Source: an uncultured delta proteobacterium
Lineage (GTDB): Bacteria > Desulfobacterota > RBG-13-43-22
Length of the DNA stretch: 32,000 bases
Assembly: GCA_963711835.1 (NCBI GenBank)
Contig: CAVQFQ010000023.1
Span: forward strand, 6,238-38,237
Direction: 5' to 3'
The notes beneath the pieces were generated by a model that worked only from the letters and a program-made list of their open reading frames with translations, was not told the origin of the DNA and ran no database searches. Positions 1 to 7,224 of this stretch are shown in pieces (the first letter of the stretch is position 1; every line of letters begins with the position of its first letter). The position numbers and the translations under genes were made by a program.

Positions 1-385
1 CGTCAAACTGCCCCAGTCCCTTTTCCTTGCCGATAAACAGGGTATCCAGGGCCGGTATGACCGGCAGGACCAGCTGACGGGCTACGGTTTGAACTCCGAA
101 GGCACAGGTCATGATCAGCAGGGCGTTGGCCTGGCTGATCTGGGGGCTGAATTCCTTCAGGGCCTCTTCGGTCAGGTTGTCACAGGCCACCGGCAAGATC
201 AGGGTTCCGGTCACCATTTTCCCCTTTTTGGAGAGCTTGTCCTTCATCTCCCTGACCTCGGGTTCTCCCCCGGTTCGGCAGAGGGTCACACAGGTTCCGC
301 AGCCGATGATAAAAATCCTGCCCAGGCCCTCTAAAAGCTGATCAATCTCTGCTTCGGTTTTTTGACGTGTAATAGACCGGATCAT
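1..385 (-). CDS. MetV-like Cys-rich redox protein (methylene-THF reductase C-terminal-domain family), N-terminal part only, runs off the window
   Basis: My own translation of the minus strand, not in the ORF track because it is open at the edge. ATG at 383-385 is preceded by AGGAGAG. It reads MIRSITRQKTEAEIDQLLEGLGRIFIIGCGTCVTLCRTGGEPEVREMKDKLSKKGKMVTG...LIMTCAFGVQTV...PALDTLFIGKE. The IIGCGTC...TGGE..V.EMK block resembles the N-terminal part of MetV proteins as I remember them. It lies 9 nt downstream of the NuoF-GltD stop. Confidence 0.4.
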   Translation of the reverse strand, partial: MIRSITRQKTEAEIDQLLEGLGRIFIIGCGTCVTLCRTGGEPEVREMKDKLSKKGKMVTGTLILPVACDNLTEEALKEFSPQISQANALLIMTCAFGVQTVARQLVLPVIPALDTLFIGKEKGLGQFD

Positions 386-394
386 GGCACTCTC

Positions 395-3300
395 CTATTT
401 TTTTTCCAGGTCACAGCGGAGACATCTGCGGGCCTCCTGATGGGCCTGGGATTCCTCTAAGCCTCGTTCGACTTCCCGAAAATCTTTGATGCGCACCCCG
501 GGGTCCTCCAGGGTGATTTTGATCCTGGGCCTGGCCGGGATGGATTCCTCTTCCAGGGCCAGGAGCGACTCTTCCTTCATCTCGGTTTTTTCATCCGGCA
601 GTTGAACCGGCCCCTGCACGCCCTGAAGGAACTGGTCGATGGAGACGGCGGCCCTGCGTCCCGACCCGATAGCCCGGATGACAAAGGTCGGACCGGTGGT
701 AAAGTCCCCGCCGGCAAAGATGCCCGGGATATTGGTGCTGAGGGTATTGTCATTGATCTCCAGGGTTCCCCAGAGGGCCCTTTCCAGTTGGCTGTCCTCG
801 GAGAGGAAAGAGAGGTCCGGGGCCTGACCGATGGAAATGATGACCGTATCGGCCTCCACGGTCCGGGTGATATCCGGATCGAAGGTCGGTTTGAAACGGC
901 CTTCGGAATCAAAAACCGCCAGGCAGCGCCTGAAGGTGATACCGGTGATCTTTCTTTCCTCCTGAAGGATCTGAACCGGGCCCCAGGAAGGATGAATGAT
1001 GATCCCCTCCTCGATGGCCTCGTGAATTTCTTTTTCCCAGGCCGGCATCTCCTGGCGGGCCTCCAGGCAGTAAAGCAGGACCTCCTCCGCCCCCAAGCGC
1101 AAGGCGGTCCGAGCCACATCGATGGCCACGTTGCCGCCTCCGACGACCACGGCCTTGCCCTTCAGTTCAGGGGCCTGGCCGGTCTTGGCCTGGCTTAAGA
1201 ATTGGAGACCGTAATAAAGCCCTTCCAGGTCTTCTTCTTCTCCAGGTACGCCGATGCGCTTGCTGGACTGGGCCCCGGCGGCAATAAAGATGGCGCTATA
1301 GCCTTCCTTTTTCAGGTCATTAACCGTATGCCGGGCATTGATGGGGGAATTGTAGCGGATTTCCACCCCGCAGCTTTCAATGTAGTCGATTTCCTTCTGG
1401 ATAATCTCCCGGGGAAGGCGGAATTCCGGAACCGTAATCCCTAACATCCCTCCGGCAACCGACTGGGCTTCGAACACCGTTACCGGGTAGCCTGATTTGG
1501 CCAGGAAATAAGCACAGGTCAGGCCGGCCGGCCCGGCGCCCACAATGGCCACCTTTTGCCTTTGGGTTTTGCTAAAGGGTTGCCGGGCCGTCTGGAGATG
1601 GTCAAAATACCAATCGGCCGCAAACCGTTTCAGGGATCGGATAGCCACCGGCTCATCCAATTCCCCCCGGCGGCATTTGAATTCGCAGGGATGGATGCAG
1701 ATACGGCCGCAGACCGCCGGAAACGGGTTCTTTTCCCGGATGATCTCTACCGCCTGTTCATACTTGCCCATGGCGATGGCCGCCACATAGTTGGGCACGT
1801 CGATCCCGGCCGGGCAGGTGTGCTGGCAGGCCGAGATGACCATGGCATCGCAGGTAGCGGCCGGGCAGCGCTTTTCCCGGATATGGGCCTCGTATTCGTC
1901 CCGAAAATACTGGATGGTCGTCAGGACCGGGTTGGCGCAGGATTGGCCCAGTCCGCAGAGGGAGGAGGCCTTGACGGCCTGGCCTACAGTCAGAAGCGTC
2001 TCAATATCCCCTTCCCGTCCTTCACCCCGGGTGATCCGGGTCAGGATCTTGAGCATCTGGGTGGTGCCCAGGCGGCAGGGGCTGCATTTGCCGCAGGATT
2101 CATCCTGGGTAAAGGAGAGAAAATAGCGGGCAATATCCACCATGCAGGTATTTTCATCCATGACGATCATGCCCCCGGAACCCATCATGGAGCCCACGCG
2201 GCGCAGGGAGTCATAATCAATAGGCAGATCCAGGAAGCGGGCCGGGATGCATCCGCCCGAAGGTCCCCCCATCTGAACGGCTTTAAATTTCCGGCCTTTG
2301 GGAACTCCGCCGCCGATATCAAAGATGACCTCCCGCAAGGTCGTCCCCATGGGGACTTCCACCAGACCGGTATTATTGATCCGGCCGGTTACGGAAAAAA
2401 TTTTGGTCCCTTTGCTCTTTTCCGTTCCCAGGCCGGCGTACCATTCCCAGCCCTTTAAAATGATGGTCCGGATATTGGCAAAGGTTTCCACGTTGTTGAT
2501 GGAGGTGGGTTGGCCTCTAAGCCCGGCCTGGGCCGGATAGGGCGGCCGGATTCGAGGCATGCCTCGCCGTCCTTCGACCGAGGCAATCAGGGCGGTTTCC
2601 TCTCCGCAGACAAAGGCCCCGGCCCCTTCCTTGATTTGAATAGCGAAGTCAAAGCCGGATCCAAGAATATTTTTTCCCAGAAGCCCCGCTTCCGTAGCCC
2701 GGCCGATGGCAATCTTGAGGTGCTTGGTGGCAATGGGATATTCGGCCCGGACATAGATAATCCCTTCGGCGGCCCCGATGGCGTACCCGGCAATGGCCAT
2801 CCCCTCGATAACGGAATGGGGATTCCCCTCCAGGACGCTGCGGTCCATAAAGGCCCCCGGATCCCCTTCATCGGCGTTACAGATGATGTATTTGGCCTTC
2901 CCGGGATTTTGACGGGCCGTTCTCCATTTGACCCCGGTGGGAAAGCCGGCTCCCCCCCGGCCCCGGAGGCCTGATTTTTCAACGGTCTCGATCACCTCCT
3001 CCGGGGTCATGAAGGCCAGGACCTTGCTCAGGGCCCCGTAGCCCTGGTAGGTAATGTAATCCTCGAGGGAGGTCGGATCGATCCGGCCGTTCTCCCCGAG
3101 AACCAGACGTTTTTGTTTTTGGTAAAAGGGGACTTCATGGCTGTAAATGTAGGGTTTGCCGCTTACCGGATCCTTGTAAAGCAGGCGCCCGATGATATTC
3201 TTTTTCTCCACCGTTTCGGAAACGATCTCCGGGACATCCTCCGGGGTGATTTGCTGATAAAATATCTCCTGGGGGGCAACGACCAGTAAGGGGGCCCGCT

Positions 3301-3517
3301 CACAGAACCCGTGGCAGCCGGTCTTCTTGATGGCCACCTGCCGGCCGAGTTTCCTGGCTTCGATTTCCCGAAGCAGGGCCTCATAGACTTCCCCGCTGCC
3401 GTAAGCGCTGCACCCGGGACCATCACACAGATAGATGGTGGTCTGCTGAGGATCCTGGAGGTCCAGTAAGGACTGATGCCACTGATGTAACTGTTCAAAA
3501 TTTTTAACGCGCTCCAT
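395..3517 (-). CDS. NuoF-like NADH/FMN subunit with an N-terminal thioredoxin-like [2Fe-2S] domain, fused to a GltD/NfnB-like NAD(P)H:FAD oxidoreductase domain
   Basis: N-terminus has CDGPGCSAYG...CHGFCERAP (2Fe-2S). NuoF motifs are GLRGRGGAGFPTGVKW, ICNADEGDPGAFMDR and ESCGKCSPCRLG. Then come ferredoxin-like Cys clusters (CQHTCPAG, CGRICIHPCEFKC) and a GltD-like Rossmann block KVAIVGAGPAGLTCAYFL...GGMLGITVPEFRLP...VVVGGGNVAIDVAR. The tail ends in ARRCLRCD. I prefer the ATG at 3517 (AGAAAGG 7 nt upstream) over the TTG at 3553 used in the track. Confidence 0.85.
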   Translation of the reverse strand: MERVKNFEQLHQWHQSLLDLQDPQQTTIYLCDGPGCSAYGSGEVYEALLREIEARKLGRQVAIKKTGCHGFCERAPLLVVAPQEIFYQQITPEDVPEIVSETVEKKNIIGRLLYKDPVSGKPYIYSHEVPFYQKQKRLVLGENGRIDPTSLEDYITYQGYGALSKVLAFMTPEEVIETVEKSGLRGRGGAGFPTGVKWRTARQNPGKAKYIICNADEGDPGAFMDRSVLEGNPHSVIEGMAIAGYAIGAAEGIIYVRAEYPIATKHLKIAIGRATEAGLLGKNILGSGFDFAIQIKEGAGAFVCGEETALIASVEGRRGMPRIRPPYPAQAGLRGQPTSINNVETFANIRTIILKGWEWYAGLGTEKSKGTKIFSVTGRINNTGLVEVPMGTTLREVIFDIGGGVPKGRKFKAVQMGGPSGGCIPARFLDLPIDYDSLRRVGSMMGSGGMIVMDENTCMVDIARYFLSFTQDESCGKCSPCRLGTTQMLKILTRITRGEGREGDIETLLTVGQAVKASSLCGLGQSCANPVLTTIQYFRDEYEAHIREKRCPAATCDAMVISACQHTCPAGIDVPNYVAAIAMGKYEQAVEIIREKNPFPAVCGRICIHPCEFKCRRGELDEPVAIRSLKRFAADWYFDHLQTARQPFSKTQRQKVAIVGAGPAGLTCAYFLAKSGYPVTVFEAQSVAGGMLGITVPEFRLPREIIQKEIDYIESCGVEIRYNSPINARHTVNDLKKEGYSAIFIAAGAQSSKRIGVPGEEEDLEGLYYGLQFLSQAKTGQAPELKGKAVVVGGGNVAIDVARTALRLGAEEVLLYCLEARQEMPAWEKEIHEAIEEGIIIHPSWGPVQILQEERKITGITFRRCLAVFDSEGRFKPTFDPDITRTVEADTVIISIGQAPDLSFLSEDSQLERALWGTLEINDNTLSTNIPGIFAGGDFTTGPTFVIRAIGSGRRAAVSIDQFLQGVQGPVQLPDEKTEMKEESLLALEEESIPARPRIKITLEDPGVRIKDFREVERGLEESQAHQEARRCLRCDLEKK

Positions 3518-3561
3518 GCTCAGCCTTTCTGATCCGATAGCTTTTTGTTCCAAGCCATCGA

Positions 3562-4017
3562 CTATGAGCGGTATTTGTTAAGAATCGTTTCAATGCGTTT
3601 CGGGGTCATCTTGCCGAAATAGGTTTGATTTACCACCATAACTGGTGATAAGGCGCAGGCCCCCAGTCAGGCCACCGTTTCCAGGGTGAAAGAGTAATCC
3701 GGCGCGGTTTCTCCCTCTTCCAAGTCCAGATCTTTTTGCACCACCCGCAAAACGCCTCGGCCGCCCCGGACGTGGCAGGCTGTTCCACGACAGACCTTGA
3801 CCACGGTTTTTCCCCTGGGATGGGTGTAAAACTGGGAATAAAAGGTGACCACCCCCTGGACTTGACTGGGAGTCACCCCCAAGGCTTCGGCGATTTGAGG
3901 CACCACCTCTTCAGGGAGATAACCAAGGCGCTCCTGAACCTGCTGCAGGAGAGGGATTAAGGCCTCTTTGTTTCTGCCAAAGGTCTGCAAGATGTCCTGG
4001 ATATCTGGGCTGGTCAT
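3562..4017 (-). CDS. NuoE/HoxE-type thioredoxin-like [2Fe-2S] subunit with an in-frame TGA (3667-3669), candidate selenoprotein
   Basis: The track ORF 3667-4017 ends ...CRGTACHVRGG...FTLETVA-TGA. The same frame continues for 34 codons (LGACALSPVMVVNQTYFGKMTPKRIETILNKYRS) to TAG at 3562-3564. The joined protein has the spacing C-x4-C-x35-[TGA]-x3-C, which equals the NuoE cluster-ligand spacing. The start overlaps the upstream gene stop (ATGA at 4014-4017). Confidence 0.7.
3630..3651 (-). promoter_or_regulatory. SECIS-like stem-loop downstream of the in-frame UGA
   Basis: The mRNA reads UGA-CUGGGGGCCUGCGCC-UUAUCACCA-GUUA-UGGUGGUAA. This gives a 9-bp stem (one G-U pair) and a 4-nt loop beginning with GU. 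The loop starts 24 nt after the UGA, inside the roughly 16-37 nt range I recall being used for bacterial SECIS searches. Confidence 0.5.
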
Positions 4018-6665
4018 TCGAACGCTCCTATTTTATGGATTTTCACCGGACAGATCTTATGAAGAGACCCTTTGCTGCTGGGATCCCAAAAGGCCTCCAA
4101 CAGGCCGGGAATCTTTAACTCGGGATAAGGCAGGGGAAGAAAAACAACCCCGGGCAACACCTGGTCTTCAATAAGGGCCGATACCTGCAGGCTGCCCCGC
4201 CGGGAACAAATTTCGACCGGATCCCCGGACCGTATCTCCAACCGTTGGGCATCGTCCAGAGAGAGGGTTAGTTTAGGCGGGGGGGTTACGGACTTCAAAC
4301 GCCGGTCTTTCCAGGTGCGGGTACCGGCCCCCAAATGCAGAACCAGGCTGCCCCAGATAAGCAGGAAAGGATAATCCGGATCCTGGGCCAATCTTTCTAA
4401 TTGTATCTTGGGAATGAGAAAAGGAAACGGTTTGCCTGTCGGCTGGAAGGGCGGGAGGAAAACAGGTCCCTTGGATAACCGGTCTGGATTGATCTGATTA
4501 TAACTCGGGACCAGCCCCTGGATTTCCCTGAAGAGTTCAGCCGGGGCATAGGCAGCCTGAGGGACCCCGAAGGCCTGGAAAAGGGAATGAAAGATTTCCC
4601 CATCGGCTTTGGCTTCTCCCGGGGGAGGAATCGCCTGTTGCAAGGCCTGGACCCGTCGTTCCAGGCTGGTAAAGGTCCCCTCTTTTTCTGCGAAAGCGGC
4701 TGTTGGAAGGACCACCTGGGCCTTTTGGGCCGTTTCGGATAAAAAAAGATCCTGAACGACTAAAAAGTCCAGACGGTCCAAGGCCCCTTCAACCCAATTT
4801 CGATCCGGGTAGGTCCCCAGAGGGTCTTCGCCGGCCAGGTATAATCCCTTCAATTCCCCCTGTTGGGCCGAGGCCATCATTTCCAGGGCCGACAAACCCG
4901 GCCCTGGAGGGACTGGGACACCCCAGGTTTCCTCAAATTTTTTAACGGCCTGAAAGTCGGTCAGGTTATGATAGCCCGGGAGATAATCCGGCAAGACCCC
5001 CATATCCCAGGCCCCCTGGGCATTGCTTTCCTTCAAAATAGGATAAAGGCCGCTCCCGGGTTTTCCCCATTGCCCGGTGAGGAGCATTAAATTCATTAGG
5101 CCCATCACCAGGGCCGTGGCCTGCAATTGCTGGTTCACCCCGGAGCCCAGGACCAGGGCCACCCCCCTGGCTGAAGCAAACCCTTCAGCAGCCCTACGGA
5201 CTTCCTGGGAAGACAAACCGATAGTCTTCCTTAAGGATTTCAGGTCCTGTTTTAGGAAGGACTCCTTCCATTCCAGGAATCCTTCCGTTTGGGAATAAAC
5301 AAACCCCTGGTTCCAGAGGTTCTCACTAAGCAGATGGGCGATCAGGAGTTGGATCAGGGCCAGATCCGAACCCGGCTGAATTTGGAGCCAGAGGTCGGCC
5401 CGGGTGGCCAGCTTGGTCTTCCTGGGATCCACAACCGTCAGCTTAGCCCCTTTCTGGGCTACCGCCCTTTTGACCATATAGCCTAAGACCGGGCTGCTTT
5501 CCGTGGGATTGCCCCCCATGACCCAGATCAAATCGGCCTCCAAAAGCCGGTGGAGCGGGGCCATGGCCCCGGCCTGCCCCCAGACCTTGGCCATCACAGT
5601 CATGATCGGGGCCATTGATAACCGGGATCCGTTGTCCACATGAGGGGTCTTTAGTCCAGCCCGAGCCAGCTTTTGGAAAAGGTAAAGCTCCTCATTAGTT
5701 AAATGAGGACTGGCCAGACAACCGATCCGATCCGATCCCCATTCCTTCTGTATTCGACTGAACCCCTCCTTTACCGTGCTTAGGGCCTCTTCCCAGGAGG
5801 CCTTCTCCAGGGTTCCGTTCCTCCGAATCAGGGGATAGAGCAGGCGATCCGGACTATGGACATAATTAAATCCGAAATGTCCTTTGACACAGAGAACCGG
5901 GCCCTTCTCGCCGTCGTTGGCCGGCGTGACTCGTATAATCCGATCGGAGTGGGTTTCCAGGACCAGGGAACAGCCGCAGCCGCAGTGCGAACAGACCGTT
6001 ACCGTCCGGGTTGGGATGGCCCCCTGGTGAAACAACTGGGTTTCGGTCAGGGCCCCGGTGGGACAGAGGGAGAGGCAGGTCCCGCAAAAAGTACAGGCCG
6101 ACTGCTCCAAGGGGACGTTTTGAAAGGTGGCCGGACGGGCCTTAAAGCCCCGGTTAATATAGTCCAAAACCCCTTCCACCACCAGCTCCTGGTCGCCCCG
6201 GATGCATTTCCCGCAGAGGATGCACTTGCTCATATCCCGCTTAAAGAAAGGATTACTATCATAGGTCGGGAAGTACTGGGGCATGGGATCCAGAAGAATC
6301 GCCCCCAATCCCAGTTCAGCGGCCACGCTTCTGAGCTGGCAGCGGTTCCCCTTGTCGCAAACAATGCAGGATTCAGGATGACTGGCCAACATGAGCCCAA
6401 TGACGGCCCGGCGGCTCTCCAGGACCCGAGGGGAATGGGTCTTAAGTATCATCCCGGGAGCAATGGTCGTTACGCAGGAGGGCAACAGGACACCCCGGCT
6501 CTCTTCTTCCACCAGACAGATCCGGCAGGCCCCGGCCGCCGGAAGATGCGGGTCATGGCAAAGGGTTGGGATAGGGATTCCCAGATCCTGGGCCAACTCC
6601 AGGATAGTCATTCCGGCCTTACCACTTACAGTCTGCTCGTTGATCTGTACGGTTACGCTACTCAC
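4014..6665 (-). CDS. NuoG / formate-dehydrogenase-alpha-like molybdopterin-fold Fe-S subunit lacking the catalytic Sec/Cys
   Basis: N-terminal 2Fe-2S (CHDPHL..GACRICLV..C), a His-ligated cluster (HPESCIVCDKGNRC), two ferredoxin motifs (CILCGKCIRG, CTFCGTCLSLCP), the MopB 4Fe-4S (CSHCGCGCS...LCVKG) and a C-terminal MGD-binding beta-barrel (DDAQRLEIRSGDPVEI). GTG start at 6665 has AAAGGGGAA upstream. The active-site stretch reads VDNGSRLSMAP where FdhH has VD..ARV-U-HGP. Confidence 0.8.
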   Translation of the reverse strand: MSSVTVQINEQTVSGKAGMTILELAQDLGIPIPTLCHDPHLPAAGACRICLVEEESRGVLLPSCVTTIAPGMILKTHSPRVLESRRAVIGLMLASHPESCIVCDKGNRCQLRSVAAELGLGAILLDPMPQYFPTYDSNPFFKRDMSKCILCGKCIRGDQELVVEGVLDYINRGFKARPATFQNVPLEQSACTFCGTCLSLCPTGALTETQLFHQGAIPTRTVTVCSHCGCGCSLVLETHSDRIIRVTPANDGEKGPVLCVKGHFGFNYVHSPDRLLYPLIRRNGTLEKASWEEALSTVKEGFSRIQKEWGSDRIGCLASPHLTNEELYLFQKLARAGLKTPHVDNGSRLSMAPIMTVMAKVWGQAGAMAPLHRLLEADLIWVMGGNPTESSPVLGYMVKRAVAQKGAKLTVVDPRKTKLATRADLWLQIQPGSDLALIQLLIAHLLSENLWNQGFVYSQTEGFLEWKESFLKQDLKSLRKTIGLSSQEVRRAAEGFASARGVALVLGSGVNQQLQATALVMGLMNLMLLTGQWGKPGSGLYPILKESNAQGAWDMGVLPDYLPGYHNLTDFQAVKKFEETWGVPVPPGPGLSALEMMASAQQGELKGLYLAGEDPLGTYPDRNWVEGALDRLDFLVVQDLFLSETAQKAQVVLPTAAFAEKEGTFTSLERRVQALQQAIPPPGEAKADGEIFHSLFQAFGVPQAAYAPAELFREIQGLVPSYNQINPDRLSKGPVFLPPFQPTGKPFPFLIPKIQLERLAQDPDYPFLLIWGSLVLHLGAGTRTWKDRRLKSVTPPPKLTLSLDDAQRLEIRSGDPVEICSRRGSLQVSALIEDQVLPGVVFLPLPYPELKIPGLLEAFWDPSSKGSLHKICPVKIHKIGAFE

Positions 6666-6679
6666 GGCATTCCCCTTTG

Positions 6680-7078
6680 TTAATCGAGTTTGCGATTCCC
6701 GCCGGCCGCCAGCCTTTCCCAGGCGTTTCGGACAGCCAACAGTAATTCTTCGGGACCGAAGGTCTTAACATGGTAGTAATAAATCGGATTTTGACGGATT
6801 CGGGCTTCCAGCTCCGGTGTATTTTCTCTGGCCGTGACAATAATCAGCAAAGAAGGATCCACCCCTTTTAGGATGGATATGGCTTCATAGGCCTTCATTT
6901 CCGGCATCTCCGCCGCCATGATCAAGATTTCGACTTTTTCCTGTTGGACGATCTGGATAGCCTGGATGCTTCTGGCGGCGGTAAAAATCTGGAATCCTTC
7001 TTCTCCCAGGGTCCTTGACCAATGGGAAAGGAATTGGGCATCCGGATCAGCGATCAAAATTGTCCCTGGTTTTTCCAT
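6680..7078 (-). CDS. Single-domain receiver-like protein lacking the phospho-acceptor Asp (pseudo-receiver)
   Basis: MEKPGTILIADPDAQF...VEILIMAAEMPEMKAY...LIIVTARE...YYHVKTF shows the receiver fold pattern with the Thr and Lys positions kept. The usual LLD-I-x-MP acceptor reads IMA-A-E-MP (Ala55, codon 6914-6916). The ATG at 7078 is preferred because the longer track ORF (start 7123) would run through the promoter motif. Confidence 0.65.
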   Translation of the reverse strand: MEKPGTILIADPDAQFLSHWSRTLGEEGFQIFTAARSIQAIQIVQQEKVEILIMAAEMPEMKAYEAISILKGVDPSLLIIVTARENTPELEARIRQNPIYYYHVKTFGPEELLLAVRNAWERLAAGGNRKLD

Positions 7079-7094
7079 GGCAGCCTTCAATAAG

Positions 7095-7110
7095 AGCAAA
7101 GGGCATACCA
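7095..7110 (-). promoter_or_regulatory. sigma54 (-24/-12) type promoter for the redox operon
   Basis: The minus strand reads C-TGGTATG-CCCT-TTGCT. GG and GC have the canonical spacing of the TGGCACG-N4-TTGCW consensus. It sits about 17 nt upstream of the receiver ATG and directly downstream of an NtrC-type activator gene. Confidence 0.5.
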
Positions 7111-7224
7111 GGAGGCGCCTCATCCTTAATGGGTTAATTTTACTGTTGATCAGGTAAATGGAGGGAAAGGCTGGGAGGATACGGCTGTTACAAAATGCCT
7201 CAGGTGTGTAGTTTCACCTCACCT

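Noticed and set aside
577-3498. Many ORFs of 60-300 aa on both strands inside the NuoF-GltD gene, for example 602-1198, 1556-2458 and 2510-2974
   Set aside because: They overlap a 1040-aa ORF with unambiguous NuoF and GltD motifs. Their translations are Arg/Gly/Pro-rich without motifs.
3562-3669. Reading the TGA at 3667-3669 as a genuine stop (truncated NuoE or a pseudogene)
   Set aside because: Not fully excluded. I judged it less likely for four reasons. The stop falls precisely on a conserved cluster-ligand Cys. The downstream 34 codons stay in frame and encode the expected LGAC...NKYRS C-terminus. A SECIS-compatible hairpin follows. The flanking genes are intact and coupled.
5856-6683. 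A 275-aa plus-strand ORF antisense to the FDH-like gene, and similar ones at 7885-8658, 24046-24618, 25011-25955 and 20204-20731
   Set aside because: Same reasoning. Each is antisense or out of frame to a strongly supported gene and has no start-site support.
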